DNA from: an uncultured virus (IMG/VR IMGVR_UViG_3300036406_001455)
Lineage: Duplodnaviria > Heunggongvirae > Uroviricota > Caudoviricetes
IMG/VR virus record: IMGVR_UViG_3300036406_001455
DNA length: 64,000 nucleotides
Direction: 5' to 3' (one strand)
The position numbers and the translations under genes were made by a program. The notes below the pieces were generated by a model that was not told the origin of the DNA, ran no database searches, and worked only from the letters and a program-made list of their open reading frames with translations. Shown one piece after another: positions 25,692 to 35,900 of this stretch; the stretch's first letter is position 1, and every line of letters starts with the position of its first letter.

Positions 25692-26206
25692 ACGAACTCC
25701 GTGATGGTGATCGCCACTTGGGCTCGCTCCGTCGCGTGCAGGACAAACCGCACCGGCGTACGGGCCTCGACGTGGATGGGCACCGGTGTGAAGGTTGTGG
25801 GCTGCGGCTTCGGTCCCGCAGCGGCTTCGGCCTCGGCCTGGCGTTCAGCGTCAAAGGAGGTCAGGACACCACGCGTCTCGTACTCCCACAACGCGAGCAT
25901 CATGTACTTCATTTCCAGCTTGCGCTCCTGCGCGCGTACCTCAGCCTCCCACGCATACAGGCGCTCGTAGTAGGACTGCCCCCGAGGCGCCAAGGGCATA
26001 GGCGTGTAGAGCAGCCGCGTGGTGCCAATCTCCACCTGCTCCAGCACCGCTGCGGGTTCGGCAACAGCATCCTCGATTCGAAACATGCACGTCCGCTCTG
26101 GTGCCCAAACGATGGCATCTGCGCCCTCAACCATGAGCCCAAACATGCGTGTGGACCAGCCACTGGGGCTTGGGAGGGGGCACACATGAAGGAGGCCACG
26201 CCCCAT
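25688..26206 (-). CDS. Hypothetical protein
   Basis: TGATG-coupled start. Confidence 0.65.
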   Translation of the reverse strand: MGRGLLHVCPLPSPSGWSTRMFGLMVEGADAIVWAPERTCMFRIEDAVAEPAAVLEQVEIGTTRLLYTPMPLAPRGQSYYERLYAWEAEVRAQERKLEMKYMMLALWEYETRGVLTSFDAERQAEAEAAAGPKPQPTTFTPVPIHVEARTPVRFVLHATERAQVAITITEFV

Positions 26207-26493
26207 CAAGCAAGCAGTCGGTGAATCATGCCGTTGCCTTCTGCCCACGCACGGAACCCCGAGCCGCCCATGTGCTCGGCCTGCGTACCGATGCTCTGTA
26301 GCCCCTGCCATGCGGCCTCTGACCCCAGCGGTCTGGAGCACAGCGCGGCGGTTGCAACCATTTCGACCTTGGCTTGCGGCGTCCCGATGCCGTAGTGCGT
26401 CGCGAACTGCTGCGCGAGGTTCTGCCAGTCCGCATCGCATCGTACCGTGCCCTTGCACGCGGTGGACTCCCACCAGAAGGCTACCCAGGGCAT
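26206..26493 (-). CDS. Hypothetical protein
   Basis: MPWVAFWWESTACKG...; GGAGG upstream. Confidence 0.6.
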   Translation of the reverse strand: MPWVAFWWESTACKGTVRCDADWQNLAQQFATHYGIGTPQAKVEMVATAALCSRPLGSEAAWQGLQSIGTQAEHMGGSGFRAWAEGNGMIHRLLA

Positions 26494-26765
26494 GCTGCCT
26501 CCTGTTCCATGAACTGCGCACCGGGTTCGGCCAGCGCCGAGCGCAGCCGCGTCCTGATGTAGCTGTCGATGCGCATGTCGTCCAGCTTCTGCTGCCTCCT
26601 GGCGGCTTGCAGCCTCCTCTGCTTCACGAGCCGCTTCTGCCACCGGTATCCGCGGGGCGGCGAAACCCGCTTGGGTGCTCGGCGGGGCGCGATGAAGCAG
26701 TAGGCCGACGCGTACCGCAACATCTTGGCATGCTGCCTCTCGGTCCGTGTTTCGTGCTCGCTCAT
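26481..26765 (-). CDS. Basic hypothetical protein
   Basis: Coupled, Arg-rich ORF. Confidence 0.55.
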   Translation of the reverse strand: MSEHETRTERQHAKMLRYASAYCFIAPRRAPKRVSPPRGYRWQKRLVKQRRLQAARRQQKLDDMRIDSYIRTRLRSALAEPGAQFMEQEAACPG

Positions 26766-27061
26766 TCGGTACCTTCCAGTGTCTTTCGGATTTCCCCTTG
26801 CACCCAACCCCGCATCTTGGTGGTAAGCGCGATTTCTTCCAGAAACAGTTGCTGGGCCGCGCCGGCTGCGGCGTCGCGTTGCTGCGTTTGCTGGGCAAAC
26901 GCATCGCGCGCCATGTCGAGTTCTCGTTGCGCGGCGCGTACCGCATCCCCCGCAGCGGTGACACGATTCATCGCGGCATCGTAGTGCTGCTGCGATTGTA
27001 CCATGCGCCGGTGCAAGTTCTCGTACTCCTGCGCATACGGGCAGTTGTCGAACATGCTCAT
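26762..27061 (-). CDS. Coiled-coil hypothetical protein
   Basis: MSMFDNCPY...; coupled. Confidence 0.65.
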   Translation of the reverse strand: MSMFDNCPYAQEYENLHRRMVQSQQHYDAAMNRVTAAGDAVRAAQRELDMARDAFAQQTQQRDAAAGAAQQLFLEEIALTTKMRGWVQGEIRKTLEGTE

Positions 27062-27444
27062 AGCGCGTTCCTCGGCAGCAACTCGAAGTCGAAGGTCAAG
27101 ACCACCCGCCCCGGGAGGCCCGACGTTGTGACGCTCACTTCCAGCGGAAACCCGGGGAGCACCGCGGGGAGGTCGAGCGGCGCGTAGTACGTCACATAGC
27201 CCGTGCCAAACACGGCCAGGTGCACAGGCGCCGCGGGAAACTCCATGCGGAGCGCCAGCGAGCATTCCACGCCTTCGTCGGTCATCCAGAACACCCGCCG
27301 CATGCGCATTTCCTGCGCCGCGTACGTCTTCAATCCGTCCACTCGGGTGCCGCGCTTTGCCTCGTCAAAGGTAGGCTGCAACCACATGTCTCGTGTGGCG
27401 TGTTCCTCGGCGCGTATCACAAGAAACTTCTGGATCAGTCGCAT
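27058..27444 (-). CDS. Hypothetical protein
   Basis: MRLIQKFLVIRAEE...; coupled. Confidence 0.65.
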   Translation of the reverse strand: MRLIQKFLVIRAEEHATRDMWLQPTFDEAKRGTRVDGLKTYAAQEMRMRRVFWMTDEGVECSLALRMEFPAAPVHLAVFGTGYVTYYAPLDLPAVLPGFPLEVSVTTSGLPGRVVLTFDFELLPRNAL

Positions 27445-27665
27445 GCGTGCTCCATGCCCGGGGTGATGACCCCGCCCTTCGCGAGCGTCATCCAGCCGGA
27501 GCGGAGCCACAGGTTGAACCACGTTCGGCCGCCGGTTGGCCACGTTCGGTACCCCGTCACCATGCGTGGGGTGCGCTGGGTGATCTCGTAGGTTTCGCCG
27601 TTGAACAAGGTGAGCACGTCTCCCTCCATGGGGTCCAGCTCAGGGTTGCGCGGCCGCGTTGCCAT
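27435..27665 (-). CDS. Small hypothetical protein
   Basis: MATRPRNPELDPMEGDVL... Confidence 0.6.
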   Translation of the reverse strand: MATRPRNPELDPMEGDVLTLFNGETYEITQRTPRMVTGYRTWPTGGRTWFNLWLRSGWMTLAKGGVITPGMEHACD

Positions 27666-27700
27666 GTGGTCTGCTAACCCGACAATGCGGCGCGTGCAAG

Positions 27701-28294
27701 TCAATCGCGCCACCCCGCAGCCCACAGTGCGTTGATGGCTTCCGCCACGATATCGCCGTGACACGGCTTCGGCGCGCACCAGCAGGAGAGCACCACGCCC
27801 CCGTGCAGGCTCAGGTAAAGAATGCGCCGAAGCTCGCGAAAGATGTCGTTTTGCTGCGTCATGGCATCCTGCAACGACGCTCGGTACCTCGGTTGCCAGT
27901 CGGGCATCATCCAAGAAGGCTTGCCCAACAAGCTGGGAGCTTGCCCCGGCATCTCGCGGCCGATGTAGACGGACTGCGTGGGAGCGAAATCAACAGGCCC
28001 TCTACGTCCATGCGGAGAGCCGACCCACAGCCGAGGGCCGTAGCGCGCCAGTCGCGCGTTCGCTTGAGCGCGGGGCCATCGGCCTTCCTGAACTGCCACA
28101 TAGGCGATGGCGTGGTCTGCGGCTTGGTGCCACGCGTCGGAAGGCAGCGGGTCGAGATCGCATTGTCCTGGCACGTAGGTGGCGTAGACGGCGGCTTGCA
28201 AACGCTTGGGCACCTGCCGCCAATGGGCGGGGCACATCAGGTACTCGGGTGGGCACGGGCGGGGGCAGCCGATGGCGTGGCAGGTGTGTGCCAT
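27701..28294 (-). CDS. Cys/His zinc-finger domain fused to a DUF4326-like domain
   Basis: N-terminal HTCHAIGC...LMCPAHW; C-terminal VYIGR...LSCWCAPKPCHGD. Confidence 0.75.
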   Translation of the reverse strand: MAHTCHAIGCPRPCPPEYLMCPAHWRQVPKRLQAAVYATYVPGQCDLDPLPSDAWHQAADHAIAYVAVQEGRWPRAQANARLARYGPRLWVGSPHGRRGPVDFAPTQSVYIGREMPGQAPSLLGKPSWMMPDWQPRYRASLQDAMTQQNDIFRELRRILYLSLHGGVVLSCWCAPKPCHGDIVAEAINALWAAGWRD

Positions 28295-28301
28295 CGGCCG
28301 C

Positions 28302-29051
28302 TCATACGATCCTGATGTCGCCGTTCATCTGGCGCCCAGTGATCCGCAGCCGATTCACCGCTGCCCCATGGCGCAGATACGGCACAAGTTTCTGCCCATC
28401 CGAGCTTCCGAGCAGCATCGTGGACATCGAGGCCACCGTGCGACTCGCAGCCTCCGCGCTACGACGCTCCAGACCCGTACGCACGTCCGGGGTTCCAGCC
28501 TGGTAGTAGATGGCGTGATCCCACGACGGCTCGCCGCTATCGCCGTGAATGTGCCGGGTGGGTACGAAATCCGTGTCGCGAAGCCGCGTGTGCGTGTAGG
28601 CCAGCGGGTGATACGCTCCGGAGTCCCGCAACACGGCCACAACGAATGCGCAGTGCGGGTAATGGATCGCGAGTGTACGCGCCGTGGAGGGCGTCACGGT
28701 AAACACCCCGGCATCAAGGCGCGAGATGTCGTTGACCGTGGGTACCGCGCTCACGTCGTAGCTGCCGACCTTCTGCACCCGAAGCGTGGAGCGCGTGACA
28801 CCCTTATAGCTGAGGCTGCGCGGCTGCGGTGGTGTGAACAACTCTGCGAGCGGTTCGAAGAAGGCGGGCGCACCGGAGATGTCGAGGAGCTGGATGTCGT
28901 CGGCGTCTGCGTACACCGGGAGGATCATGGCGTTTGCCGTGCCTCGTAGTTCAACCGACATCGCGTAGACCACACACTGCCGTGTAGGTGTGCGCCCTAC
29001 AAAAATAGAGGTTCCCGTAACGGACTTGACGGGTTTGGCGAAGATGCACAT
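28302..29051 (-). CDS. Conserved hypothetical protein (DUF2330-like)
   Basis: MCIF..PV..V..T.IF, NAMILP, VGSYDVS, YHPLAY, FVPTRH.H and WDH.IY. Confidence 0.65.
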   Translation of the reverse strand: MCIFAKPVKSVTGTSIFVGRTPTRQCVVYAMSVELRGTANAMILPVYADADDIQLLDISGAPAFFEPLAELFTPPQPRSLSYKGVTRSTLRVQKVGSYDVSAVPTVNDISRLDAGVFTVTPSTARTLAIHYPHCAFVVAVLRDSGAYHPLAYTHTRLRDTDFVPTRHIHGDSGEPSWDHAIYYQAGTPDVRTGLERRSAEAASRTVASMSTMLLGSSDGQKLVPYLRHGAAVNRLRITGRQMNGDIRIV

Positions 29052-29052
29052 G

Positions 29053-29316
29053 CTATACCTCCTTCTCGATGAGGGCCTGGAGCAGCGCAATGCTTCGCAC
29101 GCGCCACATGTCGTACGCCCTTTTGTGCACGGTCAACTCAACGGGGCACGGCTTGCCGTCGCGGATACACATCAACGCGCAGTCCACCTTCCCCTCCGCA
29201 GCGGAGAACACCGCGAATATGCCGCTGGCGTCGACCAAGACGGGAGCAGCGCCCTTCACGCGTAGCACGTCGACAATCGCCCGCACAACGTCGTGAGATA
29301 GGTCGACGAACGTCAC
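29053..29316 (-). CDS. Hypothetical protein
   Basis: Coupled ORF. Confidence 0.6.
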   Translation of the reverse strand: MTFVDLSHDVVRAIVDVLRVKGAAPVLVDASGIFAVFSAAEGKVDCALMCIRDGKPCPVELTVHKRAYDMWRVRSIALLQALIEKEV

Positions 29317-29723
29317 GCTTCTCCCGACTCGGCGGATTCCCGCTGCACGTCCATGTCGTAGCCGTCGTAGTCGCCGTTGCCGATCCAGTACAGGCTGTGG
29401 CTGAGGCCGTTGCGCCCCTGCACCTCCAACATCGTGTACGGATCGTCCTCGCCATTGTCGCTGTCGTGTTGCTCGACGACTTCGGCCTCGGTCATGCCGT
29501 GGATGCGCCCAGCACGGATGTCGCGGAGCATGGCCAACTTACTGGCGTCCCGGCCTCCGCGGGTATCCCACCGCTGCGTCAGTCGCACCGTAAGTACCTG
29601 TTCGGTGACATCCACGTAGTGGATGCGCGGGCCGTCGGGCAGGATGACGCCCGGAGGCACGTGCTCCTCCTCGGGGCGCTCGCACAGGAAAGGCAGCTGG
29701 ATACGCAGGGTGTCGGGAGGCAT
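29313..29723 (-). CDS. Hypothetical protein
   Basis: High-GC3 ORF. Confidence 0.7.
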   Translation of the reverse strand: MPPDTLRIQLPFLCERPEEEHVPPGVILPDGPRIHYVDVTEQVLTVRLTQRWDTRGGRDASKLAMLRDIRAGRIHGMTEAEVVEQHDSDNGEDDPYTMLEVQGRNGLSHSLYWIGNGDYDGYDMDVQRESAESGEA

Positions 29724-29726
29724 CGT

Positions 29727-30116
29727 TTATCCAGGACCGTTGTTCAAGCCAAAACTCGGATTCATCTCGCGTTTGGGCAGTACCCGCGCATCTGCGTTCT
29801 GCATGGCGTCCCACATACGGGGCATGCCGACGTTGCCCGCTTCAAGCCACGCCAGGTAGGCGGGCAGCTCGGTGGCGGTGAGGTCGTTCCAATAACCCCA
29901 CTCGCCATCGACCATGGGCACGCCGTCGTCACGCGTGAACGCAATCTCTCGCCCAACAATGACGAACACTTGAGTCGTGCCGTCCATCCGCACGCGCACA
30001 CGCACACGACATAGGTTCGAGTCCGGAAGTACGCTCTGCAACAGCGCTTCAACCGCCGCCGCGTGGCGAAGCAATGGATGCAATTCTTGTAGCGAGAGCG
30101 GTTGCACCCCAGCCAT
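29727..30116 (-). CDS. Hypothetical protein
   Basis: Fits operon packing. Confidence 0.6.
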   Translation of the reverse strand: MAGVQPLSLQELHPLLRHAAAVEALLQSVLPDSNLCRVRVRVRMDGTTQVFVIVGREIAFTRDDGVPMVDGEWGYWNDLTATELPAYLAWLEAGNVGMPRMWDAMQNADARVLPKREMNPSFGLNNGPG

Positions 30117-30121
30117 CTATG

Positions 30122-30430
30122 CTATTGCCCGGCTTTCGTCAAGGGCGTACCCGACCTATACCGTGTCAGCTTCGGGTAAGGCGCCCGCGGGTTGAACTGG
30201 CGCGCCGTCAGGTCAACGATCCAACCCTCCAAGCGCACCACGCAATGGTTCTCGGTGGGCCAGTAGCAGCGCGCGTCGTAGCCCCGGGCGTGCATCCACG
30301 TGGCAAGCTCGGATGAAACGTCGTGGCAAAGGCCAAGCCCGCCGGTGTCGTCAACAACATCGTCAAGCGCGCCATTCAGCAGCACTGGCACCGCCTGGGC
30401 CACGAGCGCCGAGAGAGTACGACGGGTCAC
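30122..30430 (-). CDS. Small protein with a possible Cys-His-Asp (transglutaminase/papain-like) triad
   Basis: GLCHDVS...NHCVV....IVDLTARQF. Confidence 0.5.
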   Translation of the reverse strand: MTRRTLSALVAQAVPVLLNGALDDVVDDTGGLGLCHDVSSELATWMHARGYDARCYWPTENHCVVRLEGWIVDLTARQFNPRAPYPKLTRYRSGTPLTKAGQ

Positions 30431-30903
30431 CCGTCGCCCGGCGCGTAGGTGCACTCTCCGTCGCAACACAGGTCTGCATCGTCGTCAACGCGCACGACGA
30501 CATCGCACCAGTTGCCGCAGCTCGGACACTCCGGATGCCCGCACTTCGTGCACACCTTGCGCACCCGCGTGAGTTTCCGACCCTCAAACATGCCATGCGT
30601 GGCGCACTCGTAGGTGTCGAGCTTCTGTATGAGGCTCGCGTCAGAAATGCGGGTGCCGAGCCCTTGGCAAGCGGGGCACCGCGCGCCGGCATCTACCATC
30701 TCGGCCAGCGCTTCCTCTGCGGTATGCCCAAGGAACACGTGGTCCGGCGCGTGGGCCGCCCATCTCCGCCCTCGGGACGTGGCGTCCGAGCACAGCATCA
30801 TCAGCGTTCGGATCTCGCCGGGCGTATGCTCGCAAACCTCGATGTCGTGGCCCCACTGCCCACGTGCAAGCCGAGCCAACGCGTTGTACGTTGCTTCTTG
30901 CAT
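30427..30903 (-). CDS. Cys-rich zinc-finger protein
   Basis: Several CxxC pairs. Confidence 0.65.
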   Translation of the reverse strand: MQEATYNALARLARGQWGHDIEVCEHTPGEIRTLMMLCSDATSRGRRWAAHAPDHVFLGHTAEEALAEMVDAGARCPACQGLGTRISDASLIQKLDTYECATHGMFEGRKLTRVRKVCTKCGHPECPSCGNWCDVVVRVDDDADLCCDGECTYAPGDG

Positions 30904-31388
30904 TACTGCCTCGCTCGCCAGAAGTTCATGGCCCACCGATTGGCCCCGGGCTCGGCCGCGTGGCGCTTTTTGCAGTCAAAGCGGATCACGGCACCTGGCT
31001 GCAATGTCAACACGTGCGTAGGGGTTCCAGTCTCGTCATCGAAGTAGCGAAACACACACGTCCCGCTGAGGTTCCACCCCACCGCTTCCGAAGCGGCGTA
31101 TCCCGCGTCGCGATGTGCGGCGATGCCTTGCCCGCCTCCGCTCCATGTGACCAGCGCGTAGTCGAACCGAAAGTGCAAGAGCGCCTGCAAACCATCCCAT
31201 AGGTCATCCTCGACATCCACGCCGGGCTGCGAGCGGAAAGCCCGATGCAGCGCCGGCTCAATGCCCAGCCAAGCGCGCAGCCGGCCAGGAGCATAGTTGG
31301 ACACGTCTGGGCGTAGGTGGGGCCGTACGTGTGACTCCAGCCACTGGAGCGTCGCCGTCGGGTCGACCGCCGGCTCCTGGCGGATCAC
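30903..31388 (-). CDS. AlkB-like 2OG-Fe(II) dioxygenase
   Basis: GIAAHRD...RHAA.....RWAMNFWR: HxD...H...R signature. Confidence 0.78.
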   Translation of the reverse strand: MIRQEPAVDPTATLQWLESHVRPHLRPDVSNYAPGRLRAWLGIEPALHRAFRSQPGVDVEDDLWDGLQALLHFRFDYALVTWSGGGQGIAAHRDAGYAASEAVGWNLSGTCVFRYFDDETGTPTHVLTLQPGAVIRFDCKKRHAAEPGANRWAMNFWRARQ

Positions 31389-31858
31389 GGTTCGTCCTTC
31401 TGTATCAACTGAGGCCGCGGGCCACTGTCGGCGAGCAGGCGCCCCGTCAGCGCCCCAAGCGCGTCTTGCACCACCGACTCCAGCGCGGCGTTGCCCTTTG
31501 CCGCCTCGATGAGCTTGACGACCATCTCGGCCTTCTGCAGCCCGAGGCGTTCGTACTCGATGTCCGCGGCCACGCGTGCACGCTCGGCCTCCAGGCTCAA
31601 CCGTGCCTCTTCCATCCTGCGCGCATGGGCGATGGATGCAAGCTCCTCGCTCTGCCTCGCCAGCACGACCGCGTGATCTTGCTCGCGGTTCGCACGTTCC
31701 TGCTGCGCGCGCCGCAGCGCCGCCAACTCTTGGGCTGCACGGAACTGCTCATCCTGCGTGGGGGGCACGTCGAAAGGTGCGTAGGGGTCTTTTAGCCCCT
31801 GCGCGATGCGTTCGAGCTTGGCGATAATTGCAAGCTCCGCCATCGGTACCTCAGCCAT
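31385..31858 (-). CDS. Coiled-coil hypothetical protein
   Basis: Heptad-rich ORF. Confidence 0.7.
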   Translation of the reverse strand: MAEVPMAELAIIAKLERIAQGLKDPYAPFDVPPTQDEQFRAAQELAALRRAQQERANREQDHAVVLARQSEELASIAHARRMEEARLSLEAERARVAADIEYERLGLQKAEMVVKLIEAAKGNAALESVVQDALGALTGRLLADSGPRPQLIQKDEP

Positions 31859-31912
31859 CTGCACTCCCGGTAGGCCATAGCCCGACTTTCGGCTGTGCGC
31901 CACCACGCGGTG

Positions 31913-32970
31913 TCAACCTTCGGAAACACGTGCCATGGCCATCAGCGCGTACTCCGGGTTCAGGTCGATGTAGACAGCATCGCGGCCCGCCCGCTTGGCC
32001 GCCAGCGCAGTCGTGCCAGCGCCGCCAAACGGATCAAGCACAACACACGGAACGGCTGAGGAGGCACAGCTACAAGCCGCGACAAAGTCGGATGTGCCGA
32101 TACGCACGGTGGCCAGCACGTTGCCCCCGCGCCCCGACGGATCGCGCTCACGCTGGCCCCCGTCATGCCTCTCGGGGTAGCCGCCTACCGCGGCCCCCGT
32201 GCCCTCCACGGCTTCTCGGCGCTGAATCACGCGGGCCCAAGGCTTGCCGCAACTGCCACAGCAGCCAGCTTCGCTGGTGCTTGCTCGGATGCAGATGTCG
32301 GGTACGTCGAGAGGGAAGGTGGCAAAGTGCGCTCCCTTGAAGCGCCCAGGGGGCAACGTCCACACCGACCTGCGGTTCCGCGTTTCCCCGTTCCCTACCG
32401 CACGCATGGGGCCGTTCGTCTTGCCCGGTACGCGGTTCGAACCCGCCTGGTGCGCGGTGCCTCCCGACAGGCGAGCCTTTGTTGATTCGGTGACGGGTTC
32501 AGCCACTGCGTGCGCGTCGTAGTAGTAACTGGCGCTCTTGCTCAGGAGGAAGATGTATTCGTGCGACTTCGTGCAACGATCACGTACGCTCTCTGGCATA
32601 CACGAGCTTTTGCCCAGATCACATCTTGGCGCAGATACCACCCATCGGCCCTAAGCGCAAACGCCACGGCCCACGGAATGCCAATGATGTCTTTGGCTTT
32701 GATCCCGCAGCCTGCGCCGTTGCCCGGGGCCCACGAATCACCGAGGTTCAGCCACAAAGCGCCGTCGTCCCGCAGCACCCGCCGGGCTTCGCGAAACACC
32801 GCGACAAGTTCGGCCACGTACTCGTCGACCGTCTGCTCCTGCCCCGTCTGGCCATCCACACCGTAGTCGCGGATGCCGTAGTACGGTGGGGAGGTGACCA
32901 CGCAATGCACGCTCTGATCTGGCAACTCAGCCAACTTGACCCGAGCGTCGCCAACGAGTACCCGCAGCAT
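31913..32970 (-). pseudogene. DNA methyltransferase (N4C, beta class, SPPY) split by a -1 frameshift
   Basis: 5' frame TSPPY...WYLRQDVIWAK; 3' frame SSCMPESVRDRCTKSHEYIFLL...HFATFP...VLDPFGGAGTT; one extra A in the A4 run at 32608-32611 restores the frame. Confidence 0.85.
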
Positions 32971-32972
32971 GA

Positions 32973-35900
32973 CTACGCCTCCTTCCAGTTGCTCAAGCAC
33001 TTCGTCCCGTCAACCCGTCGAACGGGGCCGACCTTTGCTTCCGCGGTGATGGCGACCTCCCAGCCCGGGAGCGTGCCGCTGGGGATCGTCATACACTCCT
33101 CCCACAACTGTCGGCGTCGCTCGGTCTGCGCGTCGCACACAACCACTACCTTGCCCCCGCGGTCCTCCTCCCATGCCGCCCCCAGCATTTCGCCGTTGGC
33201 CGCATCGTGGGTCTGCGACACCAGCCCGGTACCCGCACCCTCGAAGTTCTCCGGGAAGGCCGTGCGGAGGTTACATTCGATCAAAGAGAACAGCGGCGCC
33301 TCCTCTGCGAGAATGTCGTAGTTGACCACCGCTTGCAGCTTGCCGTTGTCCAAGCCTCCGCTCCGGCGCCCGAACACTGCCTCCTCGATCCAGCCCCCGT
33401 TCGCCGTGAAGGTGTTCATCACCTTGTTCCACGCGCGCTCCCACTCGGGTTCGTTGCGCATCCAGATGTTGTAGAGCTTGGTGACCTCGCGCACGGTCAT
33501 ATGCGCAAAGGGCATGTCGCCCGTGTCCTTGTTCTCCACCTTGACCACGGAACGCCAGATACCCTCGGCGATGTCCGCATAGGCGCCCTGGTAGCGGATC
33601 ACCTTAGCCATGCTCCGCATCTTGTCGGCGTCGCTGTCCTTCTTCGGCTTGTCCTTCTGGAGCAAGGAAAAGCCGTTAGGCCCCCAGCCGCTGGCATGCT
33701 TGAACTTGGAACCAAAGAAGTCGTACGCGAGCGCGCAATGCGGGTCAACCCCGTTCTTGAAGCCTTCCAGCAGCCGCCCCACGCGCCAACGATTCGCGAT
33801 GATGCGAAGGTGAAACTGATCTACGTCTCCGCCGATCATAATGCGGCCCGGATACCGTGAGTCGCTGATGTCGTAAATCGGCTGTGCAGCGTACTGGTCG
33901 CGGAACCGCACGGGCACGTTCTGGAGGTTGACGCCCGAGCTGTTGAGCCGCGCCACCGATGTGATGATCGAAGACGTGAAGTTGTGCATGCGCCCGTCGT
34001 CCCACACGAGGCCGTATTCGGGGTCCGTGCGCTGCATCCGCAATGGCACGCAGAACGTAGCCTTGGCCTTCCGGGCACGGTTGTAGCGCCGAATCGCGTC
34101 CACGAACGCCTTACGGTCCCCGCCCACGGTGCCGTCCGTCAAGATGCCACGCATCACCTCGTCGTCGACACTTGCCTCCCCGGTCTCCTCGGAGAACTTG
34201 GTGGGAATCAGACCCCACTCCTTGAAGAATATCTGCGCGATCTGTAGCCGGCTCCCGGGATTGAACATTTCGATCTTGCTGACATCGCCCGTCTTTGCGC
34301 TCGCCGTAACCTTGCCGGTCACGCCCAGCGCGTGAGCGTACTTGCGCGCGGCAAACTTGTACTTTGCGGCCTCCACATCCAAGCGTGCTTCGTGCTTCTG
34401 GCGCTTCACCTGGTCGACGTACAAGCCCGCGCGGTGGAAGTGCCTGCACATCTCCTGGCGATACGCATCTACCCCCGAAAGCGTCCACGGATGGTACGTG
34501 GGCCACGACACGGGTTTCAGCGCGGGGGGGAGCGGGCGGAAGTAGCCCTTCTCGGTTGCGATCTTGTAAAGCGGGTCAAGAATCTTGGCATTGACCGCGC
34601 AGTCAATAATGCAGTAATAATGTAGTTGCGGGTCGCTGGATGCGTGAAAAGCAATCTTTACACCATCCTTATCTGCCTTCCAGGCAAACACGTCCGTCAG
34701 GATGGAACCCAAAGGCCCCAAACCCTTGGGCAAGTCTGGAGCGCGCGCCCGAGCCATCGGAAGCGTGTCCATCTCTGGCCACGGCCGAACGCCCAACCAC
34801 GCTTCCGTGAGCTGATCGTCGTAGCCAAATGTGTTGTGGCCCACCTTCCACACGTCGCCGCGCGTAAACCACTCACGCAGTATCTGCTTGACCTCCTCCT
34901 CTTCGGGTTGGTTGTAGAAGTGCCTATTTCGATCTTCTCTTGATTCAATCGGCACCAACAACGTGTCCACATCAACCGTGCGCACGCCTTTTCCGTCGCA
35001 GCACGCGCACGGCAGATGCTGACGATCCGGGCCAGTTGGAACCCACCCGTTGCCCGGCAGGAAGTCCAGCACCCGCAGCCCCGACCCTTGACACTTCTCG
35101 CAGCGCTGCGTCCGTGGGGGCTCGACCAGGCGCGCGAAGCCGATGCAGTCCACGCGCGCCGTCAACGGGTCTTTGCCGCTGGCCTCGTAGTCGTACACCA
35201 CGAAGCGCGCGGGCTGCGCCAGCCACTCGCGCAGACGCGCAGGCGTAGGGTACCACTCGTAGTACGGTTCGAACCATGTGCGCTTGTTCTCGAACCACCG
35301 AAACGCCTTGGCCAAGTCCGCCTGAAACACATCTCGCCATTGCATGGCGCGGAGCACGAAGGCTGGGTGCAGCGTCGGCATGCACTTCCGCACCACCGCA
35401 GGGTCCGAAGTTGGCAGCTCGATCGGCCCCCCACGAATCGCGAGCACCCCCTGCTGCGTCTTGAACACCGCCTTGGCTGCGGAGCCCCCCAGCGTGATGA
35501 TGTTGGAAAACCGCTGCAATCCTTTCTGGAGCCGCGGGAGACAGCACTGCGCCGGTGTGGGCCACTGATGCACGGTTTCCGGTGCGGCGCCTTCAATCTT
35601 GGCCAGCGCTTTCAACCGGTCATTCTCGCGCTTGATCTCGCGCTCCATGCGCTTGTACGCGCCGCCGGACTCGCCAGGGGGTTGACACGATATCGTGCTG
35701 ACGATGGCGACGTGCTCGCGGCGCCGCCCAATAGCGTGCAGCGTCGCGTTCCACTCCTGTCCGGACTTGCCCGCGAACGGAAAGCCCAGCTTGACCTCTT
35801 CGGTGGATGGGTTCTCTGCAACCGCTACTGCAATATCCTCGGCGTGAAACTCGTCGGGTACCGGGGTCCAGGGCACCGTCTGATCCCGAAGAAACCCGTT

